This document shows, piece after piece, positions 1-14,000 of a stretch of DNA of 64,000 bases. Position numbers and translations under genes: made by a program. The DNA lies in the NCBI RefSeq assembly GCF_009914755.1, contig NC_060947.1; one strand, given 5' to 3'. The notes beneath the pieces were generated by a model, which did no database searches, had not been told where the DNA came from, and saw only the letters and a program-made list of their open reading frames with translations. Source of the stretch: the human T2T-CHM13v2.0 reference genome, Homo sapiens. Each line of letters begins with the position of its first letter. Position 1 is the stretch's first letter.

Positions 1-1726
1 TTCAGAGGCTTGAAACAGTTGTAATTACAAGGACAATGGAATTTGATGACTCCTGCTGAGTGACATTATTGCATTGGAAAAAGACAATGAAACATGATTA
101 ATCAACAGTATAAGGCAAAGGGCAAAAGTCATGGCCTTTTTGGTAGCATAGAAGGAGACTCTTATCTCTTACAGCCAGAAGGCAGAAATAAGTGAGGGGA
201 AGGATTAGAATTTAAGTATAAGTAGTGGAGCTCCAGGTATGTTTGAATTATTAGTCCTTGCAAGGCAGCTATGCCAAGGTCAAGACCATGTTTACAAAGA
301 AGCGAAATCCTGAGATATAGGATGGAGATATCCAAGGAAATACACTTAAAACTTTGGAATCCCCAGAGTGCACTGAAACCTCTGATTTTGCAGAGGTGGT
401 CCATTGCTCCATGTTAAAGTCTAGCACTCCTCTTCCATTAAGACAATGCCAAGATCTCTGCATTGGAAGACTACAAAAGTCCTTTCAGGATTTATCTACA
501 TCACTGCTGCAGGCCACCAGACCAATAACCATAGTCCAGTCACAATATCATTTGTCCAGGAAAGGGATGAACCTGCTAATACAGGTTTTAACAGCTTGGC
601 AATAACTCTGGGAGGTAGTGGTTAATGCACTTCTAGGATGACTTTTGGAAACTTGGAGAGTGATGGTCCACACTGTGTAATGCAGAAATGAATGAATTTC
701 CATGTCAGACAGTAGAAGAAGGAATCAACAGTTTTAGAAAAGTGGACCTACACGTGTATATACTACATAAGGATGGAAAATTTACCAACCAATTACGTTC
801 TCTGGGAAGGCTCTATTTATCATAATAATTAATAGAGTGGTGAGAGTTACCAGCATTGTTGATAATGTCTTGGTTGTCCTCTGTAGGCCATGGGTGATAG
901 TACGAGGTTCACTTTATAGTATCAAGCTCTCTGATGTCAATGACAACGATAGGTTCCTGAAATGCTAAAGTATAGGTGATGGTATTTACATGTAATAAGC
1001 AAAACAGGTGCAATTAGTATAATGAGTAGCAAGTTAATAGTCACAACCAGAAAAGCCTGACCCAAAAAGAGCCATAAAGTTAGTTAATAAAAAATAGAGT
1101 CCCCAGAGACAAGTTGGCAACCAGCTAACAAGGTATTGCTGAATCTATACCGTCTAGATATATCAAGGAATAGTGACCAGGAGGCTGATTTTAGCTCTCC
1201 CCTCAAAGTTTCAATTCATTGCTCAATTTCCTGTTTTTAGATCCAGATTAATGAATTTAAAAACAAGCAGTCTGCTTATAAAGTCTCCCCCACAAGTGTA
1301 TATAGTAATATTCCCCTAGAACTTTCACAAATGAACTTATAGTTATTTTCTTGGATAACTTAACCCTGGGGCACAGGAAATAACAGACATTTTTGAGACA
1401 CAGACATAATAGCTGAATAAAAATTGATATCTAGGGACCTAAAGAGTCAGCATAGCTTCTCTTTTAGAGAAGATATACATAAAATATGGTGCCAGGTCTA
1501 GCTCATAAGAGCCCATTTATTCCACAGAACCATTTGTTCATCAATAATCAGACCCCAAATGTATATTGGGATAGACATTCCTGGAAATTAAAGGAAACCT
1601 TAAATGAGTTACTTGGCCATTGGGGTAAAAGTTAACTCTGTGGGGAAAGCCAAGACATAGCCTCTGAAATTGACCCCTCATTTCAGCAAATATAGTACAT
1701 ACACATACACACTGTATTTGCTGGAG

Positions 1727-1767
<41 letters not shown>

Positions 1768-1935
1768 AACACATATACATATACATATATATACATATAC
1801 ATATATATGTATATGTATATATGTGTATATATATGTATATATGTGTATATATGTGTATATATGTATATATATGTATATATATGTGTATATATGTATATAT
1901 GTGTATATATATATGTATATATGTATATATATGTA

Positions 1936-1995
<60 letters not shown>
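1727..1995. repeat. Compound (TA)n/(CA)n/(TATATG)n/(TG)n microsatellite
   Basis: Directly visible; it produces the spurious YI/VC-repeat ORFs in the track. Confidence 0.98.
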
Positions 1996-1996
<1 letters not shown>

Positions 1997-3328
1997 TAGT
2001 GGAGTAGAACAGCAATGATTAATGCCATGGCTCAAGATAGAAAAATATAAAAATAGTGATACCCAACATATACCTATTTAATTTGACAGTCTAGACTATA
2101 TAAAAATAAATTGGTTTCAGAGGATGGCAGTGGACCACCACAAACAAAACCAAGTAGTAATCCCAAATGCAATGAATGTGTCTGGTATATATTTTTTAAC
2201 AGATTAATATGTTCTCACATATGTGGTATGCAAACATTCATTTGGATAATGTGGTCTTTTCCATGGGTGTTAGAAGCAATTTTCATTCACATGGAACAGA
2301 AAACAGCATTTATTTATGGGTGTGTCACAGGGCTATGTTATGTCTCTCACCTTTGTCATACTATTGTAATAAGGGGTCTACACTGTCTGCACATTTTGCA
2401 GTAAATCACATTTATTTACTATACTTATTATATTGATAAGTCATGTTAATCAAAACAAATGTACAAGAAGTGGCATCTATGTTGTAGACCATAAGACACA
2501 TAAGCTCCTAGGAAATAAACCATCAACAGATTGAGGGGCCTAAAACATCAGTGAGGTTTTTAGATATTCACTGGTCTGGGCATGCCAACGGATCTTCTCC
2601 AAAGTAGGAAACAAATTATTGCATCTGGCAACACTCACCATAAAAAAGACAATACATGGCAGTCCTCTTTTGGTTCTGGAGGCAGCATACTTCACACATC
2701 TGGATACTGAACTAACCCATTTACCAAGTAACATACAAAACTGAAAGCTTTAAGTAAAACAAGATTGGGAAAAAATTCTGCGTTACGTCCACGGCTGCAG
2801 TACAAGATGTTCTGCCACATGTTTCATATGACACAACAGACGCTACTGAGATATCTGGTAGGAAACCATGACATGTAGAGTTTGCGGAAAACTCTAATTG
2901 AAAATAATAATGGAAAACCTTTACAGTTCTGTAGCAAGACCATGCCATCACTAGTGGAGATTATGCACCACTCAAAAAACTGCTTCTGGAATGCAGTCAG
3001 GCTTTGTTAGAGCACCTGATCATGAAGCATTAATTGACCATGCTGCCAGAACTGCTCAACAGGATCTCACTTCTTTTGAATTCATCAAGTCCTAAGGTCA
3101 AGAGGATCCACTAGCAATCAATTGTAAGATTAAATTGGTACATCCAGAATTATACATGAGAAAGGCCAGAGGGCACAAATAAACTGCATAATCTTGTACC
3201 CCAAGTATGAGACCACTGTTATACCAGCACCTTTCTTTAGCTCATAGCTATGGCCACATTGGTAGTGACTCCCTTATAACAAACTGATGGCGGTAGTGAA
3301 AAGCTAAGCTCAGTTCATGAATGGAGAG

Positions 3329-3685
3329 TGTTGTGGAATGAATGTTTGTGTCCCCATCAAATGTATATGTTGAAATCCTAATCCCCAATTTGATGGTATT
3401 AGGGAGTTGAGCTTTTGGGAGGTGACTAGGTCATAAGAGTACAGAACATATGTAAGGGATAAGTGTCCTTTTAAAAGAGAGTCCGGAGAGCTCTCTCACT
3501 CCTTCTACCATACATGCAAAGTGAGAAGATGGCTGCTGAAAAACCAGGACGTGGTCCCCTATCAGACACTGAATCTTTTGATGCCTTGATCTTGGATGTT
3601 TAGGCATCCAGAACTGTGATAAATTGTTGTTTATGGCACCCAGGATATAGTATTTCTGTTATAGCAGCCCAAATAGACTAAGACA
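3329..3685 (+). mobile_element. MaLR solo LTR, MLT1A-like
   Basis: Starts TGTTGTGGAATGAATGTTTGTGTCCCC and ends GCAGCCCAAATAGACTAAGACA, typical MLT1A/MST termini; ~357 bp. Confidence 0.85.
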
Positions 3686-3854
3686 CAGTGGGTCGGTATG
3701 TGGTTAAAAATAAAAAATGTATTGTTTCTGCACTGCCATTCAATTCAGTCCTTGAGCACAGGAATGAGGTTAAATCATCTAAATAGGGAAAGGTTCAAAT
3801 AATATTACTTATTATCTACTGTTTTGGAAAACAATGTAGTCTTGGATTAGAATG

Positions 3855-3915
3855 AATAGATATAGATAGATAACAGATAGATAAATTATAGATATAGATA
3901 TGGAGATAGATGATT

Positions 3916-3959
<44 letters not shown>

Positions 3960-3964
3960 TAGAT
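3855..3964 (+). repeat. (TAGA)n tetranucleotide microsatellite
   Basis: Directly visible GATA/TAGA run with degenerate flanks. Confidence 0.95.
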
Positions 3965-5039
3965 GCTCAGTAACAAATGACTTGGATAATTAGTTGGGAG
4001 TCTGGAAAGAGTAAGACTGAAAGATCTGCATAAAGAGGTCCAGAAAAGCAGCAATGTGGCTGGACCTATGAAAACAGAAAAAAGAGAGAAGCTCCTTGTA
4101 TCATATATTAATACCCTCAAGAGAACATATACACTAGAAAAAGCACTAAACAACCATGTAGACAAAATGACTAGGTTAGATAAACTAAGCTAGCCTGCAG
4201 CATCAGTCGCCTTTGTGCTGGAAACATGGATGTAATAATAGAGTAGCACAATGGCAGTGATGGAGGTTAAGCACGTGTTCAACATCATGAGCTTCCAGTC
4301 TTCAAAGATGATGGAACTAATGCCACTGTGTAATGTTCAACCTATAATTAAAAGAAAACACTGCTGAGCCTTAATACAGCACTATCCTTCACAGAGACTA
4401 ACCAGCTATTTAGTGTTAAGTTGATTATGTTGGACCCTCTTCTACCCTGGAAAGGCATGTGATTTATCTTGATTGGAAGTGACATGTATTATGGGTATAG
4501 TGGTTTGACTTTCCTGTCTGAAGATTCTTAGCAGCACCATTATCTGAGGGCTTGCACGATATTTGTTATCCTGATATGCAATTCTCCCATAACCTCACTG
4601 TAGACCAAAGGGCCATCTTTACACCAAAGGAAATTTGGGAGTGGACCCATTACCATAGGATCTACTAGCAGTATCTCATAATGCATAACTTAGAAGCTGT
4701 TAGAGAATTATGACCTTCTAAATGTGAGATCAAAGTATAAGCTTATAGATGATACTTTCCAGGGTACTATATGCACTCTGAAGCAATACATGTAATACAG
4801 TGCTGTGCCACAAGTAGTTAGAATTATGTTATATGGGTTTGGGAACCAAGATGTGGAAGTTAGAGTAGCTTATCTTAATTAGCACTCCAATGACCGACTA
4901 GGCGAGTTTGTGTTTCCCATACCCAAATCTCTGGCTTCTATGGATTTACAGGTTCTAGTTCTCACAGGAAGAATATTTTACCAGAAGAAACAGGGAAAGT
5001 ATCTATGAGGAGCATAAAATCTCTGACAGTAAAAGGTGA

Positions 5040-5201
5040 TATAATAGAGGTAACAATAATAAAAAAAAGTCAGAAATAAAAATATAAAATACCTGAAGTT
5101 AAAAATTTTACTAGATAGACTTAAGCGAGGAATAAATTTGACAGAATGAGTCTGTGAATTTGAAAATATATCAACAGAAATAATACAATCTAAAGGAGAG
5201 A
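5040..5201 (+). mobile_element. Old L1M ORF1 fragment (resumes at ~7321-7700 and ~8270-8450)
   Basis: A-rich ORF1-like sequence broken by an L1MA insertion; TAAAGGAGAGA occurs at 5191-5201 and 7321-7331. Confidence 0.55.
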
Positions 5202-7296
5202 CATGTTAAAATAGCCATATTACCCAAGTGAGTGACAGATTTAATGCAGTCCTTTACAAAATACCAATTCATTCTTCACAAAAATGGAAGAAAAAAAAAG
5301 AATTCTAAAATTTATACAGAATGACAAAAGTCCTCAAGTAGCCAAAGCATCCTGAAAAAAATGAACTAAGTTGAAGGTATCACACAACCTGACTTCAAAA
5401 TATACTACAAAACTCTAGTAACTAAAACACCATGTTACTGGCATGAAAATAGTCACATAGACCAAGAGAACAGGATACAGAGCCCAGAAATAAACCCATG
5501 CACTGTTTTAGTACATTTTCATGCTGCTGATAAACACATACCTGATACTGGGAAGAAAAAGAGGTTTTAATGGATTTACAGTTCCATGTGGCTGAGGAGG
5601 CTTCACAATCATGGCAAAAGGTGAGGAAAGAGCAAGTCACATCTTACATGGAGGGCAACAGGCAAAGAGAGAGTTTGTGCAGGGAAATTCCCCCTTATAA
5701 AGCCATCAGATCTCATGAGACTTATTCACTATCATAAGAACAGCATGGAAAAGACCTGCTTCCATAATTCAATCACCTCCCACTCTTACCTCCTACAACA
5801 CATGGGAGTTCAAGAAGAGATTTGGGTAGGGACACAGCCAAACTACATCATGCACCTAAAACCGACTGGTTTTTGACAAAGTGCCAAGAACACACTTTGG
5901 CGAAAAGACAGTCTCTTCAAAGAATGTTGTTGGGGTAATTTGATATTCACATACAGAAGAATGGAACTAGATCCCTCTCTCTCATCATGTACAAAAATCA
6001 AGTCAAAATGGGTTAAAAAGTTAAACTTAAAACTTGAAACAATGACACTACTAACAGAAACCATAATGGAAATGTTTTAGGACATTGAGCTGAACAAATG
6101 TATTTAAAATAAGACCTCAAAAGGACAGGCAACAAAACCAAAAATAGACAAATGAGATTTTATCAAACTAAAAACTTTTGCACAGTAAAGGAAACAATAA
6201 AGAGAGCAAAAAGAAAACCCATAAAATAAGAGAAGATATTTGTAAACTATACATCTGACAAAGGATTAATAACCAGAGTATTAATAATATTTAAAAACTC
6301 AACAGCAAATAAAACTCACAAAAAACAAGACATTAATAGACATTTCTCAAAAGAAGACATGGAGGTGACCAACAGGTATATGAGAAAATGCCTAACATCA
6401 CTAATCATCAGGGAAATGCAATTAGATACCACCTCACTCATGTTAGAATGGTTATTATCAAAAAGGCAAAAGAAAATAAATGTTTGTGGGAATTTAAACA
6501 AAAGTGACATGCATGCACTGTTGGTGGGATTGTAAATTAGTATGGCCATTATGGACAACAGTATGCAGGTTCCTAAAAAAATTAAAAATAGAACTACCTA
6601 CCATATGATCTGCTAATCTGACTTCTGGATTTATATGTAAAAAATGAAATTAGCTTGTCAAACAGATATCTACACTACCATCTTTATTGGAACACTATTC
6701 ACAATAGCCAAGATATAGAATCAACCTAAGTGTCCAATAATGAATTTATGAATAAAGAAAATGTGGTATACATACACAATGGAATACTATGCAGCTATAA
6801 AAAATAATACAATCCTGTCATTTGGGACAACTTGGATGAACCTGTAGGACATAATATTAGGTAAAATAAGCCAGACCAGAAAAACAAATACTGTATGATC
6901 TCGCTTATTTATGGAATTAAAGAGTTGACATAGAAGCAGAGAGTAGAATAGTGATTACTACAGACTAGAAAATGGAGGGAGAGGGGAGGATAATGAAGGT
7001 TTGGCAATGGGCCCAAAGTTACAATTAGATGGGAGTAATAAGTTCTGGTATTCTATTGTACAGTAGGGTGACAATGGTTAAGAGTATGGTATTGTATATT
7101 ACAAAATAGCTAGAAAAGAGGCTATGGAAAGTTCTCACCACAGACACAATAAATGCATGAGGTGATGGATATGATGAATACCCAAATTTGATAATTATAC
7201 AGCATATATATATATATCAAAACATCAAATTGTAACCCATAAATATGTACAATAACAATGTGTCAATTTAAAAATACATAAATAACAAATAAATAA
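5202..7296 (+). mobile_element. 5'-truncated L1MA (L1MA5-8-like), ORF2 3' part plus 3'UTR
   Basis: ORF2 C-terminal remnants. L1MA-type 3'UTR ending ..CCCATAAATATGTACAATAACAATGTGTCAATTTAAAAAT. Probable 11-bp TSD. Confidence 0.85.
5504..5850 (-). mobile_element. THE1 (MaLR) solo LTR nested in the L1MA
   Basis: Reverse complement starts TGATGTAGTTTGGCTGTGTCCCTACCCAAATCTC (THE1 start). Perfect 5-bp TSD TGCAC at 5499-5503 and 5851-5855. Confidence 0.93.
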
Positions 7297-7719
7297 TTAT
7301 TGCTTTAGGGACACAATAAATAAAGGAGAGAGAGATAAACTGATTGAAGAAATTGATAGAGCCTCAGAAAACTATAGGACAATATACAATGTCTAAATTA
7401 CTTGTAATTGGTATCTCAGAATGAGAAGAAAAGGAAATAAGCAAAATAATTACTTGAAAAAATGGCTTACATTTTCCAAATTTTAATTTAAAAATAAACT
7501 TAGAGATTAAAGAATATCAGACAAGTCAAGCAGGATAAACACAATGAAAAATATCTCTAGTCATATCATAGTCAAATTACTTTGAAATGATAAGAAAATC
7601 ATGAATGCAAACAAAGAATAAATAACACATTACATTCAAAAACATTGAATCTAATGACCACTGCCATCTCATATGAAACAATGTGGGCCAGATGTAATGT
7701 AAACTTATGTCTATGTTGA

Positions 7720-8260
7720 AATCTAAACACAGGTGTTTATAGCAACTTTATTCATAATTGCCAAAACTTGGAAGCAATCAAGATGTCTTTCAGTAAGTGA
7801 ATAGATAAATAAACTATGGTACATACAGACAATGGAACATTATTCAGTGCTAAAAATATATGTGCTATCAAACAATGAAAAAATATAGAGGAATATTGAA
7901 TTCATATTTCTCAGTCAAATAAGTTAATCTGAGAATCTATATACTATGTGATTCCAGCTAAATGACAGTCTGAAAAAGGCTAAGGAGACAGTAAAATGAT
8001 CAATGGTTGCCAGGGAATTAGGGAGAGGGAGGAATTCTTAGGTAGAGCACTGAGGCTGTTGGGGCAGTGAAACATTTGTCATTCTACAGCTAAAGCCATT
8101 GAATGTACAACGCCAAGAGTGAACTCTAATGTAAGCTGGGTTTTGGGTGATGATATGTTAATGTAGTTTCACTGATTGTAATAAATGTATAATTCCGGTG
8201 GGGGATGCGCAAAATGAGGGAGGTAGTTGGTATGTGGGATCAGTGGTATATGGTAAAATA
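7720..8260 (+). mobile_element. L1MC-type 3' end fragment
   Basis: TTTATAGCAACTTTATTCATAATTGCCAAAACTTGGAAGCAA..CAGACAATGGAA..GAGTGAACTCTAATGTAA, resembling an L1MC1/2 3'UTR. Confidence 0.7.
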
Positions 8261-8450
8261 TATATATACACAAAATAGATATATTTTCAAATGAAAGAAA
8301 AATTAAAATCATAAGATCCCAGCACAGCTGGACTATTTAAAAAATATTCAGGATAAAACAAAATGATACCAAATGAGAATTCAGATCTTCTGGAAAGAAA
8401 AGAATGCACCATAAATCTTAAATATCTTGCTAAATATAATAGAGTATGCT

Positions 8451-9820
8451 AACAGAGACATAGACCAATGGAACAGAATTGGGATTCCAGATGTAATACC
8501 ACACATCTACAATTAGTTCATCTTTGATAAAGCTAACAAAATTATGTAATGGGGAAAGGACTTCTTATTCAATAAATGGTGCTGGGATAATTGGCTAGTC
8601 ACATGCAGAAAATTGAAACTTGGCCCTCTTTTTACATCATATACAAAAATCAACTCAAGATGGATTAACCACTTAAATATGACATCCCAAACTATAAAAA
8701 CACCTAGAAGATAACCTAGGAAATATAATTCTGGACATAGAAACTGGCAAAGATTTTATGATAAGGACACCAAAAGTAATTGCAACAAAAGCAAAAATTG
8801 ACAAATAGGATCTAATTAAAGAGCTTCTGCACAGCAAAATAAACTTTTATATCAACAGAGTAAACAGACAACACACAGAATGGGAGACAACATTTGTGAA
8901 CTATGCATCTGACAAAGGTCTAATATCCAGCATCTATAAGGAACTTACACAAATTTACAAGCATCAAATAACCCCTTTAAAAGGTGGGGAAAAGACATGA
9001 ATAGACAGTTCAAAAGAAGACATACATGTGGCTTATAAGCATATGGAATAAAAGCACAGTATCACTAATCATTAGAAAAATGCAAATCAAAACCATAATG
9101 ACATACTATGTAACACCAGTCAGAATGGCTATTATCAAAAGTCAGAAAATAATAGATGTTGGAAAGGTTGCAGAGAAAAGGGAACACATATATACTGTTG
9201 GGGGCAGTATAAACTAGTACAACCATTGTGGAAAGCAGTGTGACAATTCCTCAAAGTGTTACAAACAGAACTACCATTCAATCCAGCAATCCCATTACTG
9301 AGTATATACCCAAATAAATATAAATCATTCTACCATAAAGACACACGCACATGTATGTTCATTGTAGCACTATTCACTATAGCAAAGACATGGAACAACA
9401 ACCTAAATGCTCATCAATGGTAGACTGGATAAAGAAAATGTGGTACATATGCACCATGGAATACTATGCAGCCATAAAAAAGTCAGATCATGTCCTTTGC
9501 AGAAACATGGATCGAGCTGCATGTCATTATCCTCAGCAAACTAATGCAGGAACAGAAAAGCAAATACTGCATGTTCTGACTAATAAGTGGGGGCTAAATA
9601 ATGAGAACACATGGACACAAAAAAGGGAACAATAGACACTTGGGCCTGCTTGGGGGTGGAAGGTGGGAGGAGGGTGAAGATCAGGAAAAGTAACTATTGG
9701 GTACTAAGTTTAGTACCCTAATGACAAAATAATCTGTAAACCAAACCTCTGTGACATGAGTTTTCCTTTATAACAAACCTGCACATGTATCCCTGAAGCT
9801 AAAATAAATGTTAAAAAAAG
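8451..9820 (+). mobile_element. 5'-truncated older L1PA (L1PA15/16-like)
   Basis: ORF2 C-terminus ([19 protein letters not shown]), 3'UTR and A-tail. Perfect TSD AGAGTATGCT at 8441-8450 and 9821-9830. Confidence 0.9.
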
Positions 9821-9839
9821 AGAGTATGCTTTCTCTTAA

Positions 9840-10051
<212 letters not shown>

Positions 10052-10393
10052 TAATCTTTCTATTTCAGATTTTGATATCCACCAGAAACAACATTTAATG
10101 GTTTTTTTGTTATTTTTTTAACCAATGTCTTCACAAAAAAACCGACTCATTTTACCAATTGCGGTATTGTGGTTCTAAAACTTAATAAAACTTCGAGTGA
10201 ATCAAATATTTCAGGTAATGATTAGAAAATGCTGCAATTGACACAAAAGATTCAAACATATTTACACCTGCTCTTGGTGCAGCAGATCTTGTTATACCAT
10301 TGGCTTTCTCTCTGTATATAAAGTATCTAATTTTAGAATTCTGTGAAGTCATTGCAAGAAAGTAAATGTGCAGTTAATTTTTTAAAAATATGA

Positions 10394-10536
10394 GGTCAGG
10401 CATGGTGGTTCACACCTGTAATCCCAATGCTTTGGTAGTCTAAGGCAGAAGAGTTGCTTGAAGCCAGGAGTTCAAGACAAGCCTTATCAACAAAGGGAGA
10501 CCCTGTGTCTACAAAAATAAAAAAAATAAAAAAAAA
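10394..10536 (+). mobile_element. FLAM/AluJ left monomer
   Basis: GGTCAGGCATGGTGGTTCACACCTGTAATCCC..GGAGTTCAAGAC.. followed by an A-tail. Confidence 0.85.
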
Positions 10537-10554
10537 TGAAGCATACATGGGAAT

Positions 10555-11072
10555 TCTTTTTTAAAGTTTTGTTTTACTTTTATTTAACACATAATCATTC
10601 TGCATATTTATGGGAAATAGTTTGATGTCTTGATATATATATAGTAATGATCAAATCAGGGTAATTAGTATATCCATCACCTCAAAATGTGTCATTTATT
10701 TTTGGTGAGAACATTCAAAATCCTAGCTATTTTGAAGTAAACAATATTGTTGGCTATCATCACCTTATTTTGCAATAGAACATCAGAACATTTTTTATAT
10801 TTAACTCTAACTTTGTGCCTGTTGGCCAACCTCTCCCCATCTTCTCTTTTGCCTATTTTTAATCAGATTATTTGGTGTTTTTTTTTTTTTTTTTTTTGCT
10901 ATTGACTTGTTTGAGTTCCTTATATATTCTGATATTAATCCCTTGTCAGACTCACTTTGCAACTGTTGATCGTTTCCTTAGATTTACAAAAGCTTTTTAG
11001 TTCGATGTAATCCATTTATCTATTTTTGCTTTTGTTGACTGTGCTTTGCAGATCTCATTCAAAAAATTCTTG
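10555..11072 (-). mobile_element. L1MA 3' end, antisense (continues at 17390-20930)
   Basis: Antisense L1MA 3'UTR (GATCAAATCAGGGTAATTAG..CATCACCTCAAA) and ORF2 end; split by the full-length L1PA. Confidence 0.8.
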
Positions 11073-14000
11073 AGGAATCCAAGATGGCCAATTAGAAATA
11101 GCTGGAACTCCATGAAGAGGAATGAAAAGGGGCGAGTGAATTCAGCACCTTCAACTGAAATATCCAGGTTCTCACATTGGGACTGATTAGGCAAACAACT
11201 CAACCCACGGAGACGTAAAGCATGGGGCATGTGATGGCCCACCTGGGAGTAGCATGGAGCCAAAGGAATCTCCACCCACAGCCAAGGGAAACAATGAGTG
11301 ATTGTGTGACCCCACCCAGGAAACCACACTTTTCCCACAGATCTTTGCAATCTGTGGATCAGGAAATCCTCTCAGGAGCCCATGCCACCATGGCCTTGGG
11401 TCTGATACACAGAGCTGTGTGGAGTCTCAGCAAAGCAGTCACTCAGGCACACACAGAGACCAAGGAGTTTTACATACTCTGGCCCTGAGATCCTTGGCAA
11501 GGATCCTGTCTCTACATATCCCTAGGAAAGAGGGATATGTCTGTACATATCCCTAGGAAAGGGGCTAAATCCAGGGAGCCAAGCAGCATTATCCTGTGGG
11601 TGCCACTTCCACAGCACCTCACAAGTTAAGATCCACTGGCTTGGAATCCCGGCCAGCCAATGGCAGAGGGTCGGATTCCACTTGAGATGAGTCCAAGTTC
11701 CTATGAATAGGGGCAGCCATCATCTCTGTGGTCTGGTTAACGCAGCTGCTCCAGCCTGCTGGGTTTGGAGAATGGAGGTGGTCTGGATGAGGATGGGTCC
11801 TGAACAACACAGCACACCTGCTCTATGAAAAAGAAGCCAGGCAGCTTCTTTGGGTGGTTCTCTGATCCAATTCCTCTTGACTGGTTAAGACCTCCCAATG
11901 GGGGTCTTCAGCCACCTCATACAGGTGTATATTGGCCGGCAACAAGTCAGTACACCCCTGGGATGGAGTTTCCAGAGGAAGGAGCTGCCAGCCATCTGTG
12001 CCCTTTTGCAGGCTTCACTGGTAAATACCTCCTGGTATGGGAGAAACTGACAACTGGGGTCTGGAGCAGACCTCCAGCAAACCACAGCAGACCTATGGTA
12101 GAGTGGCCTGACAAAAGAAAAATAAACAAATAGAAAACAATAACAAAAGCATCAACAAAAAGACCCCAAAGAAACCTCATTCAAAGGTCAGCAACCTCAA
12201 AGATCAAAGGTATATAAGGTCACAAAGATGAGAAAGGGTCAATGCAAAGATGCTAAAAACTCAAAAAGCCAGAGTGCCTCTTCTCCTTCAAATGACTGCA
12301 ACACCTCTCCAGAAGGGCACAGAACTGGGCTGAGGCAGAGACGGCTGAACTGTTAGAAGTAGGCTTCAGAAGGTAGGTAATAATCAGCTTCACTGAGCTA
12401 AAGGAGCATGTTGTAACCAAATGCAAAGAAGCTAAGAATCATGATACAGCAAACAGGAGATGATAGCCAGAATAGCCAGTTTAGAAAGGAACGTAATCAA
12501 TCTTATGGAGCTGAAAAACCTAAGCATTTTACAATGGAATAACAAGTATCAATAGCAGAATAGACAAAGTGAAGGAAAGAATCCTGGAGCTTTAAGTCTG
12601 TCTTTCTGAAAAAAGACAGGCAGACAAAGAATGGAGGATAAAGAACAAAAAGTAATGAACAAAACCTCTGAGAAATATGGGATTATGTAAAGAGAACAAA
12701 ACTATGACTGATTGGAGTACCTGAAAAAGATGGGGAGAATAAAACAAAGTTGGAAAACATACTTCAGGATATCATCTAGAAGAACTTTCCCAGCTTAGCG
12801 AGACAGGCCAAAATTCAAATTTAGGAAATGCAGAGAACCCCAGTAAGATACTCCCTGAGAAGATTGACCCTAAGACACATAATCGTCAGATTCTTTAAGG
12901 TTGAAATGAAAGAAGAAATATTAAGGGCAGCCAGAGAGAAAGGCCAGGTCACCTACAAAGGGAAAGTCATCAGACTAACAGTGAATCTCTCAATGGAAAC
13001 CCTACAAGCCAGAAGAGATTGGGAGCCAATGTTTCACATTCTTAAAGAAAAGAATTTTCAACCCAGAATTTTATATCCAGCCAAACTAAGCTTCATAAGT
13101 GAAGGAGAAATGAGATCCTTTTCAGACAAGCAAATGCTGAAGGAATTCATCACAGCAGGCATGCCTTACAAGAACTCCTGAAGGAAGCACTAAATATAGA
13201 AAGAAAAAAATCATTATCAGCCACTACAAAAACATACTGAAGTACGCAGACCAGGGACACCATGAAGCAACTACATAAACAAGTCTGCAAAATAACCAGT
13301 TAGCATCATGATGGTAGGATCAAATTTACCCATAACAATACTAACCTTAATTGTAAATGAGCTAAAAGCCCAAATTAAAGGACACAGAATGGCAAGCTGG
13401 ATAAAGAGCCAAGACCCATCAGATGCTGTCTGCAAGAGAACCATTTCACATGCAATGACACAGGCTCAAAACAAACAGATGGAGGAAAATCTACCAAGCA
13501 AATGGAAAACAGGAAAAAAAGCAGGGGTGGCAATCCTAGTTTCTGAAAAAACAGACTTTAAACTGACAATGATCAAAAAAGACAAAGAAGGGCATTACAT
13601 AATGATAAAGGTTTCAATTCAACAAGAAGAGCTAATTATCCTTATTATATATGCACCCAAAATAGGAGCACCCAGATTCATAAAGCAAGTGCTTAGAGAC
13701 CTACGAAAAACGTAGACTCCAACACAATAATAGTGGGAAACTTTAACATCCCACTGACAATATTAGGCAGATCAGTGAGACCAAAAATTAACAAAGATAT
13801 TCAGGACCTGAACTAAGCTCTGGATCAAGTGGACCTGATAGATATCTACAGAACTCTCCACTCAAAAACAACAGAATATACATTCTTCTCATCACCCCCT
13901 GGCACTTACTTAAAAATTGATTACATATTCAGAAGTAAAACATGCTTCAGCAAATGCAAAAGAACTGAAATCATATAAAACAGTCTCTCAAAACACAGCA

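Larger units (their letters stand above)
1..4990 (+). mobile_element. Degenerate ERVL-class (ERV3/ERVL-E-like) internal sequence: gag-pol remnant with RT and integrase motifs
   Basis: ~2275-2400 reads KQFSFTWNRKQHLFMGVSQGYV.. then LCHTIVIRGL, resembling ERVL [38 protein letters not shown]. ~4400-4700 resembles ERVL integrase (QVDYIGPLPSWKG, DTYSGYGF, SDQGTHFTAKEV, HWSYHVPHHPEA). Many stops and frameshifts. Interrupted by microsatellites and an MLT1 LTR. Confidence 0.8.

Noticed and set aside
1541-2035. Several 65-164 aa ORFs rich in Y/I/H/T/V/C
   Set aside because: They are translations of the dinucleotide microsatellite, not genes.
11505-11560. Short internal duplications in the older L1PA (also 16558-16595, 20880-20910, 23645-23683)
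   Set aside because: Ordinary slippage-type duplications in decaying repeats, with no further structure.
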